This document shows, one piece after another, positions 52,801-59,395 of a DNA stretch of 64,000 nt (the first letter of the stretch is position 1; each line of letters begins with the position of its first letter). The position numbers were made by a program, and so were the translations under genes. The notes below the pieces were generated by a model, which was given only the letters and a program-made list of their open reading frames with translations, was not told where the DNA came from and made no database searches. Origin of the DNA: Chloroflexota bacterium (GTDB taxonomy: Bacteria > Chloroflexota > Anaerolineae > Anaerolineales > UBA4823); the NCBI GenBank assembly GCA_032124675.1, contig JAQBDA010000196.1:207-64206 (forward strand). The letters are read 5' to 3'.

Positions 52801-53844
52801 GCCAACTGCTTTGGCAAGATCGGCCAATCCGGCCAGTTCTTTTCCTCGCAGTTGTTCCTCTCTATATAGCAGTGCATTTTTAAGGGCGCTCGACGCTGGA
52901 CCGGATAAGATTTGCAGGATTTCCAGGTCATTCTGGCTGTAAGCTTCTTGGGACAGCGATCTGAGTTCAAGCGTGCCGATTAACTCTCCAGCATTGACCA
53001 GCGGAACGCCGATGAATGATTGTGCAGGCAGGGCGTTCGGGTCTGGGTTTGATACACCGGCAGTAACCCCAATTGAGTCCAGCATTATCACCGGATTGCG
53101 TTTTTCAAGCAGTTGCTCAGAAAATGCTCGAGAGCCTGGTTCATTGATATGGACTTCTAAAGCCCCTCCCCTGGTCTCCGTCATGCTGGCCAGCCTGTAT
53201 ACGGTCAGCTGAAGTCTGTCTGGATCATATAAAGTTACCTCGGCGCTGTCGTACGCGAGCAGGGTTTGGATCTTCTCCAGGATTGCCTTGATTGTGGTCT
53301 CGATATCCAGGCTGGCGGCCATCGCTTGCCCCAGCTCGTTCAGAAGCGAGACCGCACTGCGAGCGTTGTGGGAGTTCTCTTCCTGACCGGCATGCCCGTT
53401 TTTTAGTTCTAACAATGGCTGCACAGGCTGGAATGCGAGCAGATTGGCTTTGTTTTCCCCGTATGGAATGGAGTAAGTCCTGATCTGGACGGTATGCCCG
53501 TTCAAGTGAAGCCGATGGTCACCAGCAATCGAACAGATCTCGAGGAAGGCATCGCTGGGTCTGAATTTGCGGCTGAGGTCTTCGATCGAGGGCAGCTCAT
53601 CCCAGGCATCCAGGTATTCTCGTGCACGGCTGTTGAGATAGGCGACCCGCCCTCCTGCCTGGACGATTAAAACCCCTTCTTCCGTCTGGTCTGGCTCATC
53701 GAATTGGGGCAAAACGGGTGCGGTACTCGAGGTGCCTGGCTGGGTCCGCTGTACCCTGCGTAGCAGAACCAGAGTCAGCAGCGCGGCCGACAAGCCAAGT
53801 ATCACGAAAATGGTACCGAGAATTGAAAAATCTATCTGTGCCAT
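46831..53844 (-). CDS. Giant (2337 aa) membrane-anchored sensor histidine kinase: ~10 GAF-like modules, PAS, HisKA, HATPase_c
   Basis: N-terminal TM (ILGTIFVILGLSAALLTLVLL). Recurrent GAF-type starts: L..L...L....D.......L......L.AD...V.L.D. A PAS module (MLEDVADGVLVTDETMRITLFNDSAEDILG). H-box SHELRTPMTSIKGY, N-box ENLLENAYCYT, G1 DTGIGI, G2 GTGLGLSIV. Confidence 0.9.
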   Translation of the reverse strand: MAQIDFSILGTIFVILGLSAALLTLVLLRRVQRTQPGTSSTAPVLPQFDEPDQTEEGVLIVQAGGRVAYLNSRAREYLDAWDELPSIEDLSRKFRPSDAFLEICSIAGDHRLHLNGHTVQIRTYSIPYGENKANLLAFQPVQPLLELKNGHAGQEENSHNARSAVSLLNELGQAMAASLDIETTIKAILEKIQTLLAYDSAEVTLYDPDRLQLTVYRLASMTETRGGALEVHINEPGSRAFSEQLLEKRNPVIMLDSIGVTAGVSNPDPNALPAQSFIGVPLVNAGELIGTLELRSLSQEAYSQNDLEILQILSGPASSALKNALLYREEQLRGKELAGLADLAKAVGTGRDVKNLFLHLIESIAPLIDVNFLGFILYDEFRHTLEGQHPFMGLHADVIEWATTVIKPGTPAEELWLSGETIISHQAASDPKLQAFGFDNLAVAAGITQMVLMPLTSSGKSLGYILVGDKLDKTPFDPDDIRLLEIISGQTGPIVENAELIHQSDRRAQRAETLRRIASLTGSSATMDEVLKYSLQDLGRLLNADKVGVLLFDQERGELRLHKPSLFGISPEFASRMGEISSEDPEFSQSVARSQNYLFSDDIQDDLRLPRLYHPLLLSLGLKSAIIAPLVVRDRGIGELLMGSYQPHFFAHSDVQTVITACGQLASLIESAALYTQTDESLRQRVDQLTSLTRLSRELNTNLDLDKILQQVYDEVRQTTHADCGNIVLFDNDGDDLTVPESDDQPMPWPGILLQIGDPLPESMHSLELRVLQSGEALICDDYKPETADLTGDEEASRPPPHRDIRASLIVPIAYQGNTAGLIHLHSKTPRLFDQTAMDICEALALQAAVALGNAYRYQERVQQSEQLNRRVESLAKLLNTSLNDGSIEALENSLSKIAVTIQESTLFDRVSLYYYDPDREELISSAGVEGSRGSAPEEGRAPVSWASYSDLILPEYALGKATFVPVEKSPTAPHKGADKAASGYVWQPGDLLFIPMTDHDEQPLGIITLQEPRDHLRPDLQTLESLDIFVQQASYVITSHRNIHGLKSRAEHIQEDLVRAEQAVLTAHSHLPILMHKDLEQTIAVQQLSQRAARIRSGMDISEIVSRQGDRSSVLMVFGREILTRMDMDIALIVEPGNLGPHLLHSLGRVPGNIQIDALIGQRNPLLHTLQSGEQILVSRLETDSDWSASPLLHTLEAKSFICIPIFIGARLDSAILAISQKPLAPFSAEDEQLFSLLARNVAITLQNLNLLLEISRHLAEVNLLLDFNRQLSNLEPERILQTLVESALHVLPLAQASLVVIWDPKKELLIPQAAAGYVVQEKIMQIHYQPGEALPGKAFAKNQPIRVEEVNFPSLYNLTSDMLLNYHDATDGLLPVSSMAVPLQKAPGTDPLGVLVVENFKVPEAFSIDAQALVTSLTQQTALNLEYSRLFRAAELRANQLQALTGAAAIISSNLQPEELVGSLLDQLEAILPFNTGTLWLRQADQMFVHGTRGFADSDVRTGLSISIEDSLLLREMIDTCQAIYVGDVRNDPRFPSLVENPNPSWLGLPLVAGGEVIGVIALEKDEEDFYSAEHIQIAIAFAGQAAVALENANLYQQIVSRAADLDQRSQRLEMLNRFSTQLSGSLDPDHLLSIILQELIETLNCTAVSAVMFDTSGKAVLKAELPPRDVTIPRTIPDAPIFERLRQTLGVFYCEDVSSEEELAPLKEYLDEIGTQSLLALSLATGSDLHGILLVHSEQPYHYTGDEVGLAKTISNQAAIAIQNGRLYAETSSLTNELDQRVRERTEQLARAHQRTETLLRLITELSASLDLEQVLTRTLKVLNQIIDAEHITVLLARTGEKKLHHLASVGYQTALTTDEFFTSLDPDEGLAGWIIQQRKPVLIPDVRDDPRWVQLPNSTVEYRSAIGVPLLIGGVSLGTLLFFHRRVDHFSMDQLDMVQAAANQVAIAVNNAELYRLIRDQAEDLGNMVRSQQIETQRTKAMLEDVADGVLVTDETMRITLFNDSAEDILGLNRSNVIGKSLEHFIGIFGKAAKAWMGTIRTWSQNPDTFTHGDTYAEQIDLDNGRVVSVHLAPVSLRDNFLGTVSIFRDITHQVEVDRLKSEFVATVSHELRTPMTSIKGYVDILLMGAAGPLTNQQAHFLEIVKNNSERLAILVNDLLDISRIESGRLNLSIQHFDLAPLAHETTTDLARRSQEDNKPMQIETDIPRKLPRVLGDPEQVRRIIENLLENAYCYTAEGGRILVRTRRAGDDVQIDIQDTGIGIPLDLQPRVFERFYRGEHPFVLATSGTGLGLSIVKHLVDMHDGKIWLESSGVPGEGSTFSFTLPVYNPEK

Positions 53845-53883
53845 GACGTTCCAGGTCTGTACCTTAGCCGACTGATTTTGGGT

Positions 53884-54783
53884 TTATATATCCGACCGCC
53901 TGGCCTCTGCGGCGATTTCGGTTATCTCGCGAATATCAGCAAAATCATATTGGGTTGGCGAAACAACCCCTACCGACATCGACATTAATGGAGTCTTGAT
54001 CTGCTGTCCGGATTCATTGATTGTGACGACATAGCCCTGTTCACGGTCGATAAAGCTGTAATGGGCGAGCACATCTTCTGAGAAGCGTGTTTTCAGAGAC
54101 TGCCTGATCTTCGGGGCGTTTTCGTCGCTGGTTATGATGATGAAGCTGTCTCCCCCGGCATGACCGATAAAATCATCCTGAGTGCCCTGGTCGTCGATCA
54201 CTTCACCGATCATCATGGCGGTGAAGCGCAGCACGTCGTCGCCTGCGACGAAGCCATACACATCCTTGAAGGTATCAAAGTGATTGATGCGCACATCCAT
54301 CAGCGCCCATGCTGGCTGCCGGATGATGCGCCGCAGCTGTTCTTCGATCAGTCTGCCGGATGGCAGTCCGGAACGGGGGTCGGTTAAGCTCTGCTGTTCC
54401 GCCCGGGAGATCGCCCGCTGGACGCGTAGTTTCAGCTCTTCGATATCAAATGGTTTGGTGATATAGTCATCCGCTCCCAGCTCAAGACCCTGCAGCTTGT
54501 CACTGCGTTCATCTTTCTGGGTGAGAAAGATGATCGGCACGTGGCTGGTACGTGTGTTCGTCCGTAAAATTCGGCATACTTCGAAGCCGTCGATATCCGG
54601 CAGCATAATATCGAGCACGATCAGGTGCGGCAGGCTCTGGCGGGTTTTCTCCAGCGCGTCATTGCCGCGCGGTGCTGTCTCTACTTCATAGTTGTGCCCG
54701 GTGAAGTAGATCTTCAGCATATTCAATATGTCAAAATCATCTTCGACGATCAATAGGCGAGGTTTACCCATCATGACCTCCAT
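53884..54783 (-). CDS. Response regulator: receiver plus degenerate GGDEF (GGDSF) domain
   Basis: LLIVEDD, HLIVLDIMLPDIDG, DDYITKPF. The GGDEF-like domain has HAGGDSFIII and no RxxD I-site. The likely true start is ATG 54771 (GGAGG 5 nt upstream). Paralog of 1999..2841. Confidence 0.85.
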   Translation of the reverse strand: MEVMMGKPRLLIVEDDFDILNMLKIYFTGHNYEVETAPRGNDALEKTRQSLPHLIVLDIMLPDIDGFEVCRILRTNTRTSHVPIIFLTQKDERSDKLQGLELGADDYITKPFDIEELKLRVQRAISRAEQQSLTDPRSGLPSGRLIEEQLRRIIRQPAWALMDVRINHFDTFKDVYGFVAGDDVLRFTAMMIGEVIDDQGTQDDFIGHAGGDSFIIITSDENAPKIRQSLKTRFSEDVLAHYSFIDREQGYVVTINESGQQIKTPLMSMSVGVVSPTQYDFADIREITEIAAEARRSDI

Positions 54784-54872
54784 GTAGTCCGTGAGAACCG
54801 TTTACAGTGCTCGTTCGATTCATGCCGTGGTACCGGTCCATTCCGATAATGATTGCTTCTGCCGCCTGGCGG

Positions 54873-56165
54873 TCACCAGGATTCAACTGCCAGTTCCTCG
54901 ATCCTGGGATATAAACGTGGGTGGAGGTTGGCATAAGATAGCTGGTGGTGGTCGCTATCCTCGAAACGAATATCGTGCTCAATTACCCGGCGGTCTCTAG
55001 TGGCATATAACACAACATCGGATTCGATCGTTCGCGCCGGAAAGATGATCAGACCCGCACCAATCCGGGTGTTATGACCGATGCAGCCGCCTAACACAGG
55101 TCGATTGGAATAGTTCAGCTGGGAGTTGCCATCTCTTGCGCGGATAGGGGTCAAGACCAGATTGAAATCTGTGAAGGTTGTCCCGGCGCCAATGAAAGTA
55201 TTGCGACCGACCACGCACATCTGCAAACAGGTATTCTGAGCGACCATGCTGTTTTCCATCAGTGTTGTCATAAACAGAGATGACCGGAAGGGGAGAAAAG
55301 ATCCATCCCCGACGACGGACAGCATGAGCTGGCAGTCCTGGGAGATATTGACATTGCTGCCGATAATACAGTTTTCGATGACAGCCCCGGCGTTGATGGT
55401 GACGTTGTCACCGATGATGGTCGGGCCGTGAATGGTGGCATGCGGATCGATGATGCAGTTGCGGCCGACATGTACCAGCTCCGAGCTTTCCAGCACCTGC
55501 TTCCCCTCCAGCATGGCTTTGGCAAGGATCTTCAGCTTGTAAAAGGGGAAATTCTCCAGCTTCTCCTCGAACCGGGCGCCGCGGGTGAACTGTCCGAAGA
55601 CGATATCGGCGATAAAGATATGCACCCATGAATCAATGGCGATCAGGCTGCGCCGCGGCACTTGAAAAGTCAGGTCACCCTGTTCATACGCCATGTAGGT
55701 AGGGACGTGATAATATCCAGCCTCCGTAGAATCCAGGTCGATCACCACCGGCTCGGCGGACATGGGATCGATCTCGGAATGGATGCCTTCCGGGAAGTAC
55801 CACAATTCGCTAAGATACAGGTCGCCATCTGGCGTGTAGGATGTGGATAGGGGGAGAGCGTGTTCTCTGAATGCTGGGTCGTTTGCAGAGCAGGCCGCCT
55901 GGCAGGGTCGCCGGCGCAGCTTTGCTTCAGCAAGGAATGCTTCCATATAATCGTTGTCGAAATATAGGTTGTCCCTGTAGAGCAGGCATTCTTCTTCTAC
56001 CCTGGGGAATTTAGCACCGTAAGGCAGCTCCATCTCCCGGTGTGTGTGGGGAGCGAGTATGTCCCTTTGAGCCAGCCATAGGGGTTTATTCTGGATGCGT
56101 AAATCCCGCGCACGCTCGTTGAACGGGTATATATGGCGTGGGTCTTGCAGGATGATCTTTATCAT
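54873..56165 (-). CDS. Hexapeptide-repeat (left-handed beta-helix) protein with an unknown ~230-aa N-terminal domain
   Basis: C-terminal half: VGRNCIIDPHATIHGPTIIGDNVTINAGAVIENCIIGSNVNISQDC...VVGRNTFIGAGTTF...IGHNTRIGAGLIIFP. I could not find a nucleotidyltransferase G-x-G-x-R signature. Confidence 0.6.
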   Translation of the reverse strand: MIKIILQDPRHIYPFNERARDLRIQNKPLWLAQRDILAPHTHREMELPYGAKFPRVEEECLLYRDNLYFDNDYMEAFLAEAKLRRRPCQAACSANDPAFREHALPLSTSYTPDGDLYLSELWYFPEGIHSEIDPMSAEPVVIDLDSTEAGYYHVPTYMAYEQGDLTFQVPRRSLIAIDSWVHIFIADIVFGQFTRGARFEEKLENFPFYKLKILAKAMLEGKQVLESSELVHVGRNCIIDPHATIHGPTIIGDNVTINAGAVIENCIIGSNVNISQDCQLMLSVVGDGSFLPFRSSLFMTTLMENSMVAQNTCLQMCVVGRNTFIGAGTTFTDFNLVLTPIRARDGNSQLNYSNRPVLGGCIGHNTRIGAGLIIFPARTIESDVVLYATRDRRVIEHDIRFEDSDHHQLSYANLHPRLYPRIEELAVESW

Positions 56166-56241
56166 AGCGCTGGACCGGAACCTGTCTGCTCCATTGGATA
56201 TGGATCTTCTGGCGGCACAGGATTAATCGTTGATGCCGCGG

Positions 56242-56871
56242 TCATTCTATTGGGACCTTCTCAATACTTATCGCACAGCTCGGATCGCCTTTGGCGACGC
56301 ATAGGGTCTCCTGGACATTAAAGAATTTGCCTCCGCTTACCCAATTGAGAGCCTCTTGCAGTGTCCCGACTGCCAGATGGCAGGCAGGATTGTCCTCATG
56401 GCGATGGTAGCAGAGCGGGCAGTTTGTCATATGCCAGTAGAAGCTTTCTTCGTCCTCCTCCAGCCGGACCTGCTGATCAGTATTCTGGTTGAATATCCCG
56501 GCAAAAATTCTGCCCCCCTGGCGGATTTTTGTATTTTGTGGCAGCAATCGAAAATCCTGGTCCGAGATATCGATGAGCTGACCAAATTGGCGCAGGCCAT
56601 ATTTGAAACATGCACGTCCTGACCGCACCGCCAGTCCTTGACCACCCCGCGCTCCATATACTGCCTCCAGGGAAGACATCATCTTGCTGATCTGGGTGTA
56701 CGGCACATCGCGATCCAAATTATCCGGCGGAAAGTTCTGCACCAGGTGCACCAGATCGGCATGCTTGAGCACGGCCTCAAGCCCGGAGTCTCCGAGAACT
56801 TCCTCCAAACCCAGGAGGATGATCTGTCCCAGCATATTTGGGTAATACATCTCAGGGGTTTGTCCGGTCAT
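56242..56871 (-). CDS. V4R domain protein (paralog of 1353..1988)
   Basis: FPPDNLDRDV, YGARGGQGLAVRSGRA, CPLCYHRHEDNPACH...ETLCVAKGDPSCA. ATGA overlap with the upstream hydrolase gene. Confidence 0.75.
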   Translation of the reverse strand: MTGQTPEMYYPNMLGQIILLGLEEVLGDSGLEAVLKHADLVHLVQNFPPDNLDRDVPYTQISKMMSSLEAVYGARGGQGLAVRSGRACFKYGLRQFGQLIDISDQDFRLLPQNTKIRQGGRIFAGIFNQNTDQQVRLEEDEESFYWHMTNCPLCYHRHEDNPACHLAVGTLQEALNWVSGGKFFNVQETLCVAKGDPSCAISIEKVPIE

Positions 56872-57665
56872 TGGGTTTGTATCTCATCATCCAGAAAGTC
56901 CCGTAAAGTTTTCATGAAACGTTGAGGCTCGTCCAACATAATAAAATGCCCGGATGCTGGGAACAGCTCGATGCGGGCGTGGCTGATGCCTTCATGCATG
57001 GGCATCCACTGCTTGCCGCTGACGACAATGTCTTTCCTGCCGTACATCCCCATCGCGGGGATCTTAATTTTGGTTAGATGCGGTCGCAGGTCGGTGCTAC
57101 GCAGGGATGCGATGCTCAGCAGGAACGATTCGAGCGACACCCGCGAGAGATCATGATCCATCATCGCAGGCCAGCGCTTATCTCGAGTGTAGAACGGTGC
57201 CAATGCCCGGTAGCTGAGCTGGAACGCCCATAGATTGTTGTACACCAGCCAGGCTACCGTCCTGTAACCAAATAGTTTTAACAGAATGGAGAGCGATGAG
57301 CCTACTATCGGGGAACCGATCACAGCCACTTTGCCAACCCGGTCTGGATGGTGGATCGCGACTGACAACCCGACTGTCCCCCCCATGCTGTGACCGACCA
57401 GCGGAGCGCGGGCGATGCCCAACTGCTCCATAAATTGGTTTACCATGCTTACAAAAACTTGGACTGAATAATTCTCCAGTTTCTTTCCAGATTCACCAAA
57501 ACCCCAAAAATCTAATGCATATGTCCGGTAATGCTGGCCGAGATAGGCCATGGTCTCCTGCCACAGGCCCCATGACCCTAGCCAGCCATGCAGCAAAATA
57601 ACCGGGTCCCCCCTCCCGTAAACTTCGTAATGGACGATCCCTTGATCGGTAGTAATTGATGACAC
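56868..57665 (-). CDS. Alpha/beta hydrolase with an intact Ser-Asp-His triad
   Basis: HGWLGSW, nucleophile elbow GHSMGG, GRKDIVV, SGHFIMLDEP. Confidence 0.85.
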   Translation of the reverse strand: MSSITTDQGIVHYEVYGRGDPVILLHGWLGSWGLWQETMAYLGQHYRTYALDFWGFGESGKKLENYSVQVFVSMVNQFMEQLGIARAPLVGHSMGGTVGLSVAIHHPDRVGKVAVIGSPIVGSSLSILLKLFGYRTVAWLVYNNLWAFQLSYRALAPFYTRDKRWPAMMDHDLSRVSLESFLLSIASLRSTDLRPHLTKIKIPAMGMYGRKDIVVSGKQWMPMHEGISHARIELFPASGHFIMLDEPQRFMKTLRDFLDDEIQTQ

Positions 57666-57688
57666 GGCAATTGAACTATCTTCGTCAC

Positions 57689-58228
57689 TTATGCCTCGCC
57701 CAAATCCATCTCAGCCAATATGCTGTAGAGCAGTTCTAACAAGACCGACTTGACATTCTCTTTATCGACTGCTACACAAGGCAGCAATTTGACATTCGAG
57801 TCCAGTCGCAAAGCGATCCGCATGTCCTCCGAATCCCAGGCATCTTCTTTGTCTTGTTTATTGGCTGCAACGACATACGGGGTGGGGGCGTAGGCGCGGA
57901 ATGTTTCCAGGATGCTGCGCGCTTCCCGAAACGTCTCGGGTCGTGTGCTGTCAACCATTACCACGAACCCCAACATGCCTTCCGAGAGAATTTCCCACAT
58001 AAAGTCGAACCGTTTCTGACCTGGAGTGCCGAATAGATACAGCACCAGGTCGTCATCCACTGTAATGCGTCCAAAATCCATCGCTACGGTGGTGGTCTCT
58101 TTGACCCGTTCGGCCACTGAGGAAATCTTTCGCTCCGTGGAAACGACATCGATCTCACTTACAGAGCGGATAAACTCGGTTTTGCCAGCATTGAAAGGTC
58201 CTGTGACCACCATTTTAACTGTTTGCAT
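57689..58228 (-). CDS. MglA/CvnD-like small Ras-superfamily GTPase (COG2229-type ATP/GTP-binding protein)
   Basis: G1 GPFNAGKT; switch I Thr run (ETTTVAMDFG); G3 FGTPGQ, with the canonical Asp replaced as in MglA-like proteins; G4 NKQD. 179 aa. Confidence 0.85.
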   Translation of the reverse strand: MQTVKMVVTGPFNAGKTEFIRSVSEIDVVSTERKISSVAERVKETTTVAMDFGRITVDDDLVLYLFGTPGQKRFDFMWEILSEGMLGFVVMVDSTRPETFREARSILETFRAYAPTPYVVAANKQDKEDAWDSEDMRIALRLDSNVKLLPCVAVDKENVKSVLLELLYSILAEMDLGEA

Positions 58229-58291
58229 AGTTAGCTACCCTTACACTTGTGTAAAGAAGAATCGATGATGTTGATTGGGCCATGATATCTC

Positions 58292-59113
58292 TCATAATGA
58301 GCGGATGCGACTGATGAGCCTGTTGATCAGTGATTTCTGCTCTTCCGGCGTGCCTTTTTGAACGGCTTGCCGGGAGGGGAGCTGTACGGGGCGCACACCT
58401 TCCGGGCGCACAATATCCACTAGACCGGCTTGCAGCAGGCTGTAAGCGATCCGCCTTATCTCTACCTCATTCAACTTCGTTGCCCGGGCGATCTGGCGCA
58501 TCGAGTTCTTCGGATTGATATAGGAGACAACCCGCCATTCCTCGACGCTGAGATTGAGATTGCGCAGGTTTGCTCCTGGCCGGTCGGTAAATTTCAATGC
58601 CATATCCAGGCTGGGGATTTCGTCCTGCAGCTGCTCCACCTCGCGCATCCGGCGTGTGCCTTCGATGATGATGTTCTCCAGATTGATGCGCACGGTGATT
58701 TTATCGCCGGGAGGCAGCAGGTCGCTTTCAAATCGGAACAGCCCTTCCACCAACGTGAACAAACGGTTGAGAATGGCTATGAAATGGTTCTGTAAACTGA
58801 TCAGGATGTCTTGCTGGCTGATGTAATTGGCGTTGATCAGCAGCAAGCCTAATTCCTTATCGCTCATATGACCAGCGCGCTCTTTGATAATCTTATGCTG
58901 GGCAGCCGACAGCTTTTTCGCTCGGTAAAGGATGGTAGCCAGTGAATTGTCCTCTTCACCCACCCTGGCATACGCCAGTTTGCCCTCTCGAAACGAGACC
59001 TGGATCGCCACATTCTGCCCATCGACGACGAGTGTGCCCGTCTTCTGCGCCAGGTTGATCAAGTTCAACAATTGTGAGACGGTGAAATCTCTAAGATTGC
59101 CTTTCAATGCCAT
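58292..59113 (-). CDS. DUF4388 domain protein with a C-terminal winged-helix (DUF742/CvnC-like) segment
   Basis: The N-terminus MALKGNLRDFTVSQLLNLINLAQKTGTLVV is the DUF4388 hallmark. The C-terminus LSVEEWRVVSYINPKNSMRQIARATKLNEVEIRRIAYSLLQAGLV looks like a wHTH. Confidence 0.7.
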   Translation of the reverse strand: MALKGNLRDFTVSQLLNLINLAQKTGTLVVDGQNVAIQVSFREGKLAYARVGEEDNSLATILYRAKKLSAAQHKIIKERAGHMSDKELGLLLINANYISQQDILISLQNHFIAILNRLFTLVEGLFRFESDLLPPGDKITVRINLENIIIEGTRRMREVEQLQDEIPSLDMALKFTDRPGANLRNLNLSVEEWRVVSYINPKNSMRQIARATKLNEVEIRRIAYSLLQAGLVDIVRPEGVRPVQLPSRQAVQKGTPEEQKSLINRLISRIRSL

Positions 59114-59211
59114 AGCGGCCTCATTACATGCTGGTGCGCTGGTTTATCCGGATTTGATATTGTAGCTGCATTCGCCATCTGGCTGATCCTATCCTCTAAA
59201 ATCATTATTCC

Positions 59212-59240
59212 TTGACACTGCTTCTGCTTGAGTTTATAAT
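59212..59240 (+). promoter_or_regulatory. Consensus promoter of tRNA-Asn
   Basis: TTGACA (59212-59217), 17 nt, TATAAT (59235-59240). The tRNA starts 15 nt downstream of the -10 box. Confidence 0.7.
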
Positions 59241-59254
59241 CCGGTTCGCAAAAT

Positions 59255-59327
59255 TCCTCGGTAGCTCAATTGGCAGAGCGGGCGGCTGTTAACCGCTAGG
59301 TTCCAGGTTCGAGTCCTGGCCGAGGAG
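59255..59327 (+). tRNA. tRNA-Asn (anticodon GUU)
   Basis: Acceptor TCCTCGG pairs with CCGAGGA. D-arm GCTC-AATTGGCA-GAGC. Anticodon stem-loop GGCGG-CTGTTAA-CCGCT. T-arm CCAGG-TTCGAGT-CCTGG. No encoded CCA. Confidence 0.9.
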
Positions 59328-59355
59328 CCTGGCAGCAGAGCATCTCTCAAGCATT

Positions 59356-59387
59356 CCCCTGCAATAACTCACAGGGGATTTCGATTT
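59356..59387 (+). terminator. Hairpin terminator after tRNA-Asn (shared 3' region with the convergent GGDEF gene)
   Basis: CCCCTG-caataactca-CAGGGG followed by ATTTCGATTT. Confidence 0.45.
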
Positions 59388-59395
59388 AAATCACC

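Noticed and set aside
54873-56165. Possibility that the beta-helical protein is a bactofilin (known MglA partner class in Myxococcus)
   Set aside because: Bactofilin domains are ~110 aa with a different repeat signature. This protein has classical hexapeptide LbH repeats over ~200 aa.
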